NCBI RefSeq assembly: GCF_001194135.2
Contig: NC_068985.1
Location: 521,231 to 585,230, forward strand
DNA from: Octopus bimaculoides
Taxonomy: Eukaryota
DNA length: 64,000 bases
Direction of reading: 5' to 3'
The position numbers and the translations under genes were made by a program. This document shows positions 1 to 12,760 of the stretch, in pieces. Position 1 is the stretch's first letter; every line of letters starts with the position of its first letter. The notes below the pieces were generated by a model. The model was not told the origin of the DNA, ran no database searches, and saw nothing but the letters and a program-made list of their open reading frames with translations.

Positions 1-59
1 AAAATCTCCCTCAAAAACACCAAGCAAATATGGACAGTAGACGTTAAAATGATGATAAG

Positions 60-481
60 GATATGTGTGTATACAGAAAGACAGAGTAAGAGATAAAGAA
101 ATATAGATACATACGTATATATGTGTGCGTGTCGATACGTATATAAACACACACACACGTTTATATATATTTGCTCTGTATTTCTTTATCTCTCCTTTCT
201 CTTTCTCTCTCTCTCTCTCACTCTCTCTCTCTCTCACTACACACATTCCTTTGTTTACAAACATTTTATGGGCAAATGCATCTACTGTCGCCAATCATTA
301 CCTGTTCCTTGAGTAGGTTTTATATATATTTTTATTAATGTTTTACAATTCACTGGTCTGCAAAATCTTTCAGCAATCGATTGTAATATCAACATGCAAT
401 GTAGACATTATAGCAGCATTCTGCACATGTGTTGATATGCAATGTTGTTGCATGCACACACACACACATTTATGCATGTGC

Positions 482-513
<32 letters not shown>

Positions 514-738
514 GATATTGTATGTATGTATATATATATATAGACACATATATAAATAATTGTGTGTATATACATATATCTATCTATCTATCTATCTATA
601 TATATATATATATATATATAATCATATATATCTACATGTATTTATGTGTGTATTTATATATACATATGAATAAATATATAAATATATACATATGTATATG
701 TATGCATATATGTATGAGTGTATATATGTGTGTGTGTA

Positions 739-771
<33 letters not shown>

Positions 772-800
772 GTACACACACACACATATATATATATATA
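60..800. repeat. Compound microsatellite tract ((CT)n, (TA)n, (CA)n), representative of dozens of such tracts across the window
   Basis: Dinucleotide runs are directly visible; the ORF track here gives only Y/I/C/V/H/T repeat peptides. Confidence 0.95.
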
Positions 801-890
801 GTTAAAATTTACAGAAAAACAAAAGAGAAAGACAGGTGGATCAACATCAAACAAGTGTAATAGTTTGACGCTCAGGAAAAATAAAAGAGT

Positions 891-926
891 CTTTTACGTT
901 TCGAGCCTAAGCTCTTCAACAGAAAG
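891..926 (-). ncRNA. Degenerate or variant minimal type I hammerhead ribozyme motif (Penelope-like repeat terminus)
   Basis: Minus strand reads CTTT-CTGTTGA-A-GAGC-TTAG-GCTC-GAAA-CGTA-AAAG: stem I CTTT/AAAG, stem II GAGC/GCTC, palindromic ACGT stem III and a GUA site. The core has U in place of A6. Confidence 0.5.
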
Positions 927-960
927 GAATAAGAGGAAAATAATCAAAGAGAGAATGAAA

Positions 961-1007
<47 letters not shown>

Positions 1008-2097
1008 GCATATCTGTGTATGCAAGTATGAATGCATATTACATATGCATCCATAAACTATGATTGTTTTCCTGTCCCCTTTCTTGCCCTCACTGCTCCC
1101 CTCGTCCACCCAGTTTTCTACTCAGGTCCTTGTTCCTTGTGAGTCTACTTTAGCACTACACCATCTCTCTTCTGCTCTCTCTCTCTCTCTCTCTCACTTA
1201 CATTTTTGTTGCTTCCCACTCTCTCACTCTCTTTCTCTCCCTTGGTCATTGTCTCTCTCTCTCCTCATGACTTTTCTTCTGACCAGGTGACCAAGTATCT
1301 CCTTTGCATCAGCACATTTGCTTCTGGCCTCTTTCTTGTACCTCTCTCTCATTCTCTGTCTCTTCTCTTTCTCTCTCTCACTGGATAACCATGTTGTTTC
1401 TCCTTTATAGCAAGACACCTATTTCTGCCTCTCTATTTCCCTGTTTCACTAACTCTTCATCATCTGCTACTGGATCACCTCCATTAAAGCAAGACATCTG
1501 CTGCTGTCTCTCTGTCACCCTCTAACCTTTCATCCTCTGACACAAGTTCCCCTCCTCTCATGTCCCCTTCCCCTCTCATAATTCCTTGTCTTGCAAGTTA
1601 CTTAGTGAACCCCACCATTGCTGGTNNNNNNNNNNACACACACACACACACACACATAGATATATAACTTAGTTTTCTGTTAAGGCAAGATCAATAAAAA
1701 AAGTAATGTGTCCAGTGGGAGGTAAATATCATCTAATATACAATGTGTCAGACTAAGGAGGACTACAAATAGTTTCTTGCCATTAAGGCATGTGGCTAGT
1801 CAGGGTTTTCTAACCTGCCTAACCACAGGACTTAATGGCAAGAAACTATTTGTAGCTCTTATTTTAATGCAGCGTACATTAAATGATATATACATACAAA
1901 CACATTATATGCACATACACATATACATATATATACATACATACACACACACACATGCTCATATATATATATATGAGTATATATATAACATGTACACATG
2001 CACACACACATTTGTCTATATATTTACAGAGATATACATATGTGTGTGTGTGTGTGTGTCTATATATATAGGTAGAGAGAGAGAGAGTTACATATAC

Positions 2098-2135
<38 letters not shown>

Positions 2136-2137
2136 GT

Positions 2138-2171
<34 letters not shown>

Positions 2172-2289
2172 ATATATATATATATATATATATATAAGTA
2201 TATGTTTATACACATATGTGCATATACATAAATAAGACTACATACATATATTTCGTTTTATTGATTTTAGCCAAGAGGTGAAATTGTGC

Positions 2290-2500
2290 TGGGGCTTTGC
2301 CATTCAGAATGATTGGGTTTATTTTACATATTGTGTCTTGTGAAGTAGGAAGTTGGACAGAGCTGCTCTTCTCTGTGCTTCCTGCTGAAATCTGGGTTCA
2401 GATAAAAATTTGTCCAAATGTTCTTCAAATCCTTTGCAAATTTCTGAGGCTGTTTGGCAGAATGCTGACAAGTTGTGGACACTTGAATCCTAAGCAGTTA
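2290..2500 (-). mobile_element. CR1/L2-group LINE 3' fragment (RT C-terminal region), decayed
   Basis: Minus strand translates ...EEHLDKFLSEPRFQQEAQRRAALSNFLLH, similar to LDFLLSRIPDEPT...RVAASNSLIH in the copy at 5360-5629. Confidence 0.5.
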
Positions 2501-2560
2501 CAGTAGAACTACTTTCTTTTTCTGGATGTAGAAGATATATTTATAAATATATTCATGTAC

Positions 2561-2611
<51 letters not shown>

Positions 2612-3312
2612 ACACATCAATAGCTATACATATATGCATACAGGCAAATATAACACAACATGGTTATGGATGTTTTCAAAAAGGAATTGCACAGTCTCCT
2701 GTCCACAATACTTAAAAGCTCAAATATTGCAGCATAAAGTACAGGGGAGGGTGGCAGTGTCAATGTCAAATGTTGTCATCGACCAAAAGTGAGAGAAATG
2801 AGGAAAACGGCACATGCAAGGGTGGTGATATGAAGCCCCATCACACGGAACAAAAAATATCAACCCCTGTCACGATGGGGATCCAGTGTGACTGCAGTGA
2901 CATGGTTGAAACAGGTAAAAGAAACAAAAGAAATATATATAAATACACACACAAATTACATATATATATATATATATATATTATAATAAAGGGTAAAAAT
3001 CATTAATGATTTTATCAGTGGGTCAGCATGGAAATAAATTCTTTTTAGATAAATTTTACAAATATTTTAATAATTATACGTATAATTATAATAAGGGATT
3101 GACTATAAGCTTCTCCACATGCTAGAAAATTAGTGTATGGAGAGGTTTATAGCCAAAAAACTTTAATTGTGGTAAATAGATTCATTTATTAGTTTTGTTC
3201 AATAAATTTATAACATTTACAGAGGTTTTTTACTTTTTAAATATTATTAACTTACGTTTGTCATAATAATAGTAATATATACTAGTGTTGACAGGGGTAA
3301 ATTTCACAATTT

Positions 3313-3484
3313 ACGTAAAAGCACCCACTACACTCTCAGAGTGGTTGGCGTTAGGAAGGGCATCCAGCTGTAGAAACTCTGCCAAATCAGATTGGAGCCT
3401 GGTGTAGCCACCTGGTCCACCAGTCCTCAGTCAAATCGTCCAACTCATGCTAGCATGGAAAGCAGACATTAAACGATGATGATG
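3313..3484 (+). mobile_element. RTE-tail SINE-like repeat (3' UTR of the RTE family at 38482-39900)
   Basis: Contains GTTAGGAAGGGCATCCAGCTGTAGAAAC...ATTAAACGATGATGATG, shared with copies near 27380, 34315, 38253 and 38482; ends in a (GAT)n tail. Confidence 0.8.
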
Positions 3485-3559
3485 TACATCTATATATATG
3501 TGTGTATACGCACCACACACACACACTGGAACTCAATGTAATCCAATTCTACAATACAA

Positions 3560-3960
3560 AGATGATTGACTCAGCATACCAAATGAACTACTGAATGTTA
3601 CTGATTCCCTTCCCAAGAGAAGCGACCCCAAAAAATATGCAATGGTATGTATATGGACGATCACATAAGACCTAGCTTGCTCCCAACTTTGGAATCGAAA
3701 GCTATAGTAACCACCAAACAGGACACCACTACATTGTATCAAAAATGCCACCGTCTCCATCCTGAGTGAGGGCACAGTACTGTAATTGGTAGGGGTTCAA
3801 AGGGCACACAACCTTTCAACACTGCCAAACAACCTCAGAGATCTGCAAAAGAGTAGATGTGGATGTTTGCAAATGAACCCATATTGCAGCAGCAAACACA
3901 AAGAAGTGCTGCTCTGTATAACTCACTATTCCACCAGAAACAATTTCAGAAAGAAAACTG
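3560..3960 (+). mobile_element. CR1/L2-group LINE 3' fragment, decayed
   Basis: Frameshifted translation includes KYAMVCIWTI...LAPNFGIESYSNHQTGHH and ...TLPNNLRDLQK...QRSAALYNSLFHQ; same family as 5230-5690. Confidence 0.6.
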
Positions 3961-4690
3961 GGAAGTAAGTGTGAAATGCAAACCACTCACACACGAGGCT
4001 ATGCCCCAGTATGGCCACAGCTTTTGGTTAAAACTGGCAAAAGCATATGTATAGACACTCACACACACATGGACAGACAGAGAGTAAGTGAGAGGAGACA
4101 CATGTAGGTACATGAATATATGAATGACCATCATATACTTTCAATTTATTCATTTTACCGACATCTCAGCGGCTGAAGCAGGATTAGAAGAATATCGTCC
4201 GATATGCCATGATGTGGGATTGAACACAAAACTAAGGTTTACAAAGCACTTTTCCTATCTTGTCAGGTACCCCCCCCCCTCCACATTCACATACCACAAC
4301 CACTCACAACCTGTTATACTAGAACACACACAGTTATATAAGACACATGAAAACAATGAATGCTTACATATGTAAATATACTTGTATCAAGAAACATATG
4401 TACGTCCCTATCAATACATACTAACAGAATATATAAGTACATACATACACATAGTCATACACAGGCATTCATACCCACACACACTCACACACACTCCCCA
4501 CCACCACATATATATATATGAATGAATAAATGGATGGTTGAATGGATGGATGGATGGATGTACATAATGGTATGCCTATATGTGGTTGTGAAGGATTTCG
4601 TTTTCAGTTCCACAGAGGAGCAACTTGTGAATGTGTTTCCTGCCAATAGTACTGGGCTTACAAAGACATTTTGCACAAATTTGCAAGATA

Positions 4691-4728
<38 letters not shown>

Positions 4729-4751
4729 ATGCTCACAGACACACACATATA

Positions 4752-4941
4752 CAGGGAGTCCATAAATTATCCTTAGAACTTCCACAATTTATCGTTTAGA
4801 TGAGTTGCGTGTAACAAATGGAGCCCATGTGGAAATGTGCTTATGTTTCTAATAAAACTTTGGCCATGTTTTCCAATAAACACTCATGAGCTATCCTTAT
4901 TTTCCAGTTTAATTGAAAAGGTAATTTATGAACACCTTCCG
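4752..4941. mobile_element. Tc1/mariner-type MITE (about 190 bp)
   Basis: Left end TA-CAGGGAGTCCATAAATTATCCTT; right end read as reverse complement has AAGGTGTTCATAAATTACCTT (imperfect TIR). Confidence 0.55.
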
Positions 4942-5229
4942 TGTATGTATGTATGTATGTATGTACACACACACACACAGAGTCACAGACGACTACAAAT
5001 GTAACTGTACACATGTATAAATTAATATGAATAAATATATCTATATCTATATATATATATATATTTAAACATATACATTATTCAGAATGAGAAAAGAGGA
5101 AATCATGATGGTCCTCTGGAGGACATGTCTCCTCATTCACTTAGATGACTGCTCCCAACTATGGTCACCACGCTGTATAAAATTAGGGGCAGAACTAAAA
5201 GCAATCTAGCTTAGTTCCACATATTAATG

Positions 5230-5690
5230 CAACGTGTCAGCTACAGAGAAGGGCTAAGAAAATTAAGACTTTACTCCCTAGAATGGTAGCAGGAAAGATA
5301 TGCAGTGGTATACATCTGGAGAATCCTGAATTTGCTAACAGCAGAACAGGGCACCATGCATGGTGCCAAAGTTCCAACCATCACCATCAAGATACAAGAC
5401 CAGATACGTAAACAGCTTGGGTTTCAAGAGTCGACAGTTCTTCAAAAACCTTAGAAAAAACCCGAGAGACCTGCGTGGTGCGGATGTTGGTGTCTTCAAA
5501 ACGAAACTGGATTTCCTTCTCTCAAGGATACCAGATGAGCCAACCTCACAGTATGTAATGCCAGAAAGGGTAGCAGCATCAAACTCCCTCATTCACCAAA
5601 TGCCACATATCAAAAGAGGTCTTAAGTAGAGAAAGTGTAGCAAAAAGCTAACAGTGGTGCCCAAGCATGGCCACAACTCTCAAGCTGAAA
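5230..5690 (+). mobile_element. CR1/L2-group LINE 3' end, decayed
   Basis: Translates VSYREGLRKLRLYSLEW*QERYAVVYIWRIL, then GFKSRQFFKNLRKNPRDLRGADVGVFKTKLDFLLSRIPDEPT. This matches the post-RT 'SY.ERL..L.LYSLERRR' region of CR1/L2/jockey-group LINEs. Confidence 0.75.
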
Positions 5691-5861
5691 CTAGTTAACG
5701 AGTATTGGTATACACACACGCACACACGCACACACACACACACACACACACATGCAAGTATGAGTGTATATACGTAAATGTATATAAATTAATATATGCA
5801 CACCCATATAAGTGTATGCATATATATATATATATATATATCAATAAATGCATATGTATAC

Positions 5862-5900
<39 letters not shown>

Positions 5901-5930
5901 AATAAATACATATATGTGTGTGTGTGTATA

Positions 5931-6493
5931 CAGGGTGGGCAAAGAGTATGTATACACTTAAGAAATATTTTATTTTGTTACATTTACACTTATTTATTGC
6001 AGTTACGTTTATTGAACACAGTTTAATCTCGTAAATGCTTGAAATGTAGGTATACACGTTTTTAAGTTAACTTATTTATTTTTTTACAGGTATCATGAAT
6101 AATGGCAAGTAATTTGAGTCTCCGTATGGCTAGTTCCTGAGCTGCATCGCATGTGGACTTTTTGGGACTGTTCACAAATGTTAAAGTGACTCTCATCAAA
6201 TTTTCTTCACTCATTGATGTCCTGGGATGTCCAGATTTTGGTGCGTTAACCACTGAACCCAATTTTTCAAATTTATCTCTTATATGATAAATTGTCAGTT
6301 GTGTTGGTAGAGAAGTACCAAATGCTTTCCTCCAAGCTGTACACCACCTGTTCGGCATTTTCAGTCTTCCAGTACTGCTTTAGAATCCACGTCCTTTGTT
6401 CTTGACTCAAATTATTTGCCATTATTCACAGTACCTGTAAAAAAGTAAATAAGTTAATTTAAAAAGTGTATACCTACTTTTGGGCACACCCTG
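5931..6493 (-). mobile_element. Internally deleted Tc1/mariner-superfamily transposon keeping the N-terminal HTH (DUF4817-like) coding piece
   Basis: TIRs CAGGGTGGGCAAAGAGTATGTATACACTT and (reverse complement) CAGGGTGTGCCCAAAAGTAGGTATACACTT, with TA at the left flank. ORF 6062-6358 reads TIYHIRDKFEKLGSVVNAPKSGHPRTSMSEEN...VNSPKKST; no DDE domain. Confidence 0.8.
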
Positions 6494-6739
6494 TGTGTGT
6501 GTGTATATATATATATATNNNNNNNNNNNNNNNNNNNNNNNNNNNNNNNNNNNNNNNNNNNNNNNNNNNNNNNNNNNNNNNNNNNNNNNNNNNNNNNNNN
6601 NNNNNNNNNNNNNNNNNNATATATATATAATATATATATATATACACACACACATACACATGTACATGCATATATATATATACATACATATATCTGTGGC
6701 ACTGGCATATCTGTGTGTTTAAGTAGCACACATTTTTAA

Positions 6740-7000
6740 GCACATGCTTTCAGTTTCAATACCATTCCATGCGACCTCAGACATGTGCCTTCTACTAACG
6801 GCCAGGGCCAACCAATATCTTCTGACTAGATTTGCTACATGTACATTGCATTGAAAGCCTCCTTGTGAGGGTGTGTCTGTGTGTGTGTGTATCTATATTC
6901 GTGAGTGTGTGAGTGCTTTCTGTTTGTCCCTCATTATTGCATAACATGTGGTGTTCATCTGTTTACATCCCTGAAATCTAGTGGTTTGTGTAAAATAATT
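6740..7000 (+). mobile_element. Old copy of the bipartite SINE family B (compare 42190-42540)
   Basis: Degenerate similarity to the family B 5' half, an internal (TG)n tract, then the TTTGTCCC...TGTTTACATCCC...GGTT 3' half. Confidence 0.5.
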
Positions 7001-7090
7001 ACTAGTAGCGGGATTTTCATCAATACTCCTCCCACCCATACAGTCAAATGACTAAAGGAGAAGAAAGGTAACACACACACACACATATAC

Positions 7091-7129
<39 letters not shown>

Positions 7130-7544
7130 NNNNNNNNNNNNNNNNNNNNNNNNNNNNNNNNNNNNNNNNNNNNNNNNNNNNNNNNNNNNNNNNNNNNNNN
7201 NNNNNNNNNNNNNNNNNNNNNNNNNNNNNNNNNNNNNNNNNNNNNNNNNNNNNNNNNNNNNNNNNNNNNNNNNNNNNNNNNNNNNNNNNNNNNNNNNNNN
7301 NNNNNNNNNNNNNNNNNNNNNNNNNNNNNNNNNNNNNNNNNNNNNNNNNNNNNNNNNNNNNNNNNNNNNNNNNNNNNNNNNNNNNNNNNNNNNNNNNNNN
7401 NNNNNNNNNNNNNNNNNNNNNNNNNNNNNNNNNNNNNNNNNNNNNNNNNNNNNNNNNNNNNNNNNNNNNNNNNNNNNNNNNNNNNNNNNNNNNNNNNNNN
7501 NNNNNNNNNNNNNNNNNNNNNNNNNNNNNNNNNNNNNNNNNNNN

Positions 7545-7591
<47 letters not shown>

Positions 7592-7995
7592 CACATATAT
7601 ATACATAAATACACATATATATATATATATATATACATACACATATATATATACACATAAATACACATATATATATATACATATGTATATACATAAATAC
7701 ACACACATATATATATATATATACACACACATATATACATACATACATATATATATACACACACATATATACATAGATACACACATATATATATATATAT
7801 ACACACACATATATACATATCTATAGACATATATATATATATATATAGATACATATATATATTTACTTTTATATATATACATATATATGCACATATATAT
7901 ACACATATATGTTTATATATATGTATATAAATATACTTATATATATATATGTATATATGTACATAAACATGTATATATGTATGCATGTGTGCGTA

Positions 7996-8040
<45 letters not shown>

Positions 8041-10641
8041 TTATAAACATAGATATATATATGTATGTATATATAATTATATACACACACACACACATAT
8101 TCATATATATATTACATCTGTATGTTATAGCAATATTGATATAGAATGATAGATATACATTTACACAACTATATATTTATGCATATAAACTTTACATACT
8201 TTTGTATACACATTTATGTATATATACATATATTTACAAATATCCTTAAATATACTCATATTCAAATTTTATAGGAATATATACGTATATATAAATATAA
8301 TTATGTGTACATTGTATTCACATATATATGTGTATGTATATATGCATGCACGTACATATACATGTATGAACATAGACACACACACACACACATAACAGTA
8401 TATATTTAAATATGTGCTTTAATATTGGAAAAAACTCATGCCGATTATTATCATCATCCATATACATGTATGTGTATACTTATATATATAAACACACACA
8501 TATTTGTGGAAAAAAGCATGCACCTAGACAAGTCTGTTTAATATGTTTCTGTATATGTATAATTATTTACAGCTACATGCAAATATGCACGTTTAAGGTA
8601 GTCTATAATTCCACCCCACACATAAGATCTGCATATACTTATATGTATATACATGTATATCAATGTATATATCTCTATAGATATCTATATGCATCTCTCT
8701 CTCTCTCTCTCTATATATATATANNNNNNNNNNNNNNNNNNNNNNNNNNNNNNNNNNNNNNNNNNNNNNNNNNNNNNNNNNNNNNNNNNNNNNNNNNNNN
8801 NNNNNNNNNNNNNNNNNNNNNNNNNNNNNNNNNNNNNNNNNNNNNNNNNNNNNNNNNNNNNNNNNNNNNNNNNNNNNNNNNNNNNNNNNNNNNNNNNNNN
8901 NNNNNNNNNNNNNNNNNNNNNNNNNNNNNNNNNNNNNNNNNNNNNNNNNNNNNNNNNNNNNNNNNNNNNNNNNNNNNNNNNNNNNNNNNNNNNNNNNNNN
9001 NNNNNNNNNNNNNNNNNNNNNNNNNNNNNNNNNNNNNNNNNNNNNNNNNNNNNNNNNNNNNNNNNNNNNNNNNNNNNNNNNNNNNNNNNNNNNNNNNNNN
9101 NNNNNNNNNNNNNNNNNNNNNNNNNNNNNNNNCATATATACATATATATACATACATATATATATATATGCAATATACATACATATATATATATATACAT
9201 ACACATATATTCATATATACACACACATATATATATACACATATATATACATACACATATATATACATACACATATATATACATACACATATATATATAC
9301 ATATACACATATATATATATATACATACACACATATATATATATATACATACACACATATATATATATATACATATATATTCATATATGTGCATACACAT
9401 ATACATAAATATATATACATACATATATACATAAATATATATACATACATATATACATAAGTATACACATACATTCATACACATATATATAAATATATAT
9501 ACATATATGCACACATATATATATATTCATATATAAATAAGTATATACAAATATAATATATATATATATAATATATATATATATACAAATATAATATATA
9601 TATATATATACATACATGTATATGTATACACACATACATATACACACCAGCGTTCTCGCACACATGCTCGCGCAAACACTCACGCACGCACACATAAAGA
9701 TGAATGCATCATGCATGGAAGAAATAATTTCTCATCACACACAGAGAAACTCTCACACACGTTGAAAGATGGACACACAAAAGGGAAACACACACACAGA
9801 GACAGAGGTACGTGTGTAACTAGCATTGCAGATGCCTTCATGTGGCTCTATGCATTCGTGTATATTAATATATTGCCATACATCTACAGATATATATATA
9901 TATGCATACTGAAAGTGGTATACATACATACACACTTACATACATACATACATACACACTTACATGTATGTATGTACGTTTGTATGTATGTATATGTATA
10001 TACATACATACAATACACAGGTATTTATCTCTGCACCTACAAGGTGTGTGTGTGTGTGTGTGTTTATATTCCTTTGTCCGTGTATATGAACATATACTTA
10101 TAGATTCCTACTTGTGTATGTTTTTTTCTATACGTACATACATACATACATACATATACATAATACTTACATACATACAAAGATACATAAGTACATACGT
10201 ATATACGCACATACATACATAAGTACATACGTACATACATACATAAGTACATACGTACATACATACATACAGGTAAATACATAGATTCTTCAATTTTCCT
10301 ATGTAAGCAGATACGTATTTGCATACGTCGATATACGTCTCTCTCTCTCTCTTTATATATATGTAGTTATATGTGTGTATGTATGATGTGTGTGTGTGTG
10401 TGTGTGTGTGTACTTATAGAGAGAGCGAGTCAGGAGGCAGGAATTACATAATTGTGCATCTATGCATGGGTGTGATCATGTGTGCGTGTTTACTCACTCA
10501 CACACACATATATTTATGTATGTATGTATATACATATAAATGCATGTTTATATGCATGCATGTATGTGGTCATGTATATACACCAAACGTATTATTCCTA
10601 TTCATCACATATGACATGCCTCTCCTCATCACAGATACGTT

Positions 10642-10707
<66 letters not shown>

Positions 10708-10744
10708 CTCTACCAGCAAATTGATATTTCCTTGTCACAGAGAA

Positions 10745-10900
10745 ACTATAATGCTCCGCTGTCGTTAGTCAATCCTTTTTCTCTATTTCCCTCCCGAGTT
10801 CAAATCCCACCGACGTCAGCTCTATATTCTATTCCTCCTATTGCGATCAATGAAGGTACCAGTGATGTTCTGGAGTCAATTGTCTACCCCCACCCCCCTT
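10745..10900 (+). mobile_element. Degenerate tRNA-derived SINE fragment (family A)
   Basis: B-box-like GAGTTCAAATCCCACCGACGTC followed by family A body similarity. Confidence 0.5.
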
Positions 10901-11214
10901 CGGTATCAGTCATATTTACGCGTGTGTATATGTTTGTTGTGCATGTGTGTGTGTGTGTGTGTGTACATATGTATAAATCTGTTTATGTGGATGTGCACGC
11001 GCGCGCGCGGTTATGTATAGATGCTGTTCGTAAGTATGTCTACATACATGCATTTATACATATGTACATGCATGTATAGACATATATGTATATATACGTA
11101 CGCACATGCTTATATACTTACAAACATGAATCCACACACACACACACACACACATTATGATAGGTGGGTGGGTAGGGAGAGAGGGAGGGAGGGAGGTAGA
11201 CATGAAAAAGTGAT

Positions 11215-11510
11215 GTGTTTTATGTAGCGACAACGATGTTACTGATAGCGGTGGTGGTGGTGGTGATGATGATGATGGTGGTGATAGTGGTGGTGGTGAG
11301 CACGATGGTGATGATGATGACGATGATGGTGATGATAACAGGTTTGAAGTTACTGATTGCATCGTGTTTATCTTTAGTTGTTTGCATAGTGAGATGTTGT
11401 TGTTATTGTAGATGTTGTGTCGTTGATTATCATCATCATTATTATTATTGCTGCTGTTGTTGTTGTTGTTGTTGTGATTGTTGTGTTTATTGTTGTGAAA
11501 AACAAAACAA
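11215..11510. repeat. Trinucleotide low-complexity tract (GGT/GAT/GTT)
   Basis: Runs are directly visible; source of poly-V/M/C ORFs. Confidence 0.9.
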
Positions 11511-11558
11511 AAAACAAAAAAACAAAAAAAAAAACGAAAGGGCTGCCGCTGCACTTAC

Positions 11559-11679
11559 TTGAAATGTTACTCCACATAAGCTCGTCATCCTGAGCGGAAG
11601 TTGCAGCGAGGAGAGAAAGCAACATGACAGCTAGCACCAGGAAAAGTAAATCCATGGAAGGGAGACTCCCTGCAAGCAT
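11559..11679 (-). CDS. Coding exon of an unidentified host gene with an N-terminal signal peptide (secreted or membrane protein); phase-1 intron follows
   Basis: Translates MLAGSLPSMDLLFLVLAVMLLSLLAATSA|QDDELMWSNIS, with a long hydrophobic core and small residues T and A at -3/-1. It ends at a perfect donor AA|GTAAGT (intron starts 11558) and has an in-frame stop upstream of the ATG at 11679. A strong acceptor TTCTTTCATGCTTGCAG|G at 11670/11669 suggests the exon may be 11669-11559 (111 nt) with the start ATG at 11655. It lies in non-repetitive sequence between microsatellite tracts. Confidence 0.65.
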
Positions 11680-11764
11680 GAAAGAACATTGGCAAATTCA
11701 GCACCAACAATAAAACAAGCTGCCGTCAACATGTGATGTCGCTTGATAATAGCCTACTGCCGAG

Positions 11765-11850
11765 TAATTGACATGCATATATGTCAGCTGATTAGCCAAT
11801 CAGAACGCGCCTTTTAATTGCTCATCATCCTTCTACAGAGTCAGCTGCAC
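11765..11850. promoter_or_regulatory. Motif cluster upstream of the signal-peptide exon (NF-Y CCAAT box, E-boxes, TALE-type palindrome, homeodomain sites)
   Basis: AGCCAATCAG at 11794-11803; CAGCTG at 11785-11790 and again near 11842; TGACAT-N6-ATGTCA at 11769-11786; TAATTG at 11765 and 11815. Function is inferred from motif matches only. Confidence 0.35.
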
Positions 11851-12652
11851 ATCGACGGCGACAGTGGCGACGGAGGAGCAGGAGCAGGAGCAGGAGGAGG
11901 TGCGGCTTGCGTTGCTGTTGACGATGATGATGATGCTTCTGATAATAGTGGCAGTAGTAGTAGTTGTAATGATTGTGATGGCGGTGGTGGTGGTGATGAT
12001 GATGATGATGATAGTAGGGGTAGCGGCAGTAGTAGTAGTGATATATTGCGAGTAACTGTAGTGGTCGTAGTAAAGTTCATGGAGGTAAATACGTCGTCAA
12101 TGATGATGAGGGGGGGGGGTGCTGTTGTTGTTGTTGTTGTTAAGGGTGGTAGCGGTAGTGTGTTTGGTGGTGGTGATGGTGTTGCTGCTGCTAGTTGAAG
12201 TAGTGGTGGTGAGAGGAGTAATAGCGGTGGCGGTGGCGGCGGTGGCGGAGAGCACCAATGATAATGTTAACGATGATGATGCACGCACGTAGTGATGACG
12301 ATGACGATGACGATGATGATGATGATGATGACGGTGGTAGTAACGTGGTAATGACAGTGTTGACGCTAACAACAGCAGCAGTGATGATGATGATGATGAT
12401 GATGGTGAAGATGGTTGTTATTGCTGCTGCTGCTGAAGGTGTTGGTCACAATGGTGTTGACAATAGTGATTGTGATGAGCAAAATAAAGATGGTGATGAC
12501 GACGGGGGTGGGCGTGGTAGTTGTGGTGGAAGCAGCAGCAGTAGTAGTAGTAGTAGTAAGTAAATTCAACGTGCACGCACTCGTAAGTGGAAGGAGGGGG
12601 TGGAGGTGGGTGCAGTGAGGAGGAAAAAAAAGACAGAAAGTGAGAAATATTG

Positions 12653-12685
<33 letters not shown>

Positions 12686-12760
12686 TAAAGAGAGAGAGAG
12701 AGAGAAAGAGAGAGAGAGTAACTGAGAGAGGGAGAGAGAGAGAATTGGTGACGGCTGCAC
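11840..12760. repeat. Long trinucleotide/dinucleotide low-complexity block (GAT, GGT, GTA, GCA, GA)
   Basis: Runs are directly visible. Confidence 0.9.

Noticed and set aside
4124-4785. Complex-looking ORFs as candidate downstream exons of the signal-peptide gene
   Set aside because: The sequences align by eye to degenerate SINE family B copies.
10180-10270. 24-bp repeated unit resembling a CRISPR-like array
   Set aside because: It is a head-to-tail minisatellite built from TACA repeats, with no unique spacers, in a eukaryotic context.
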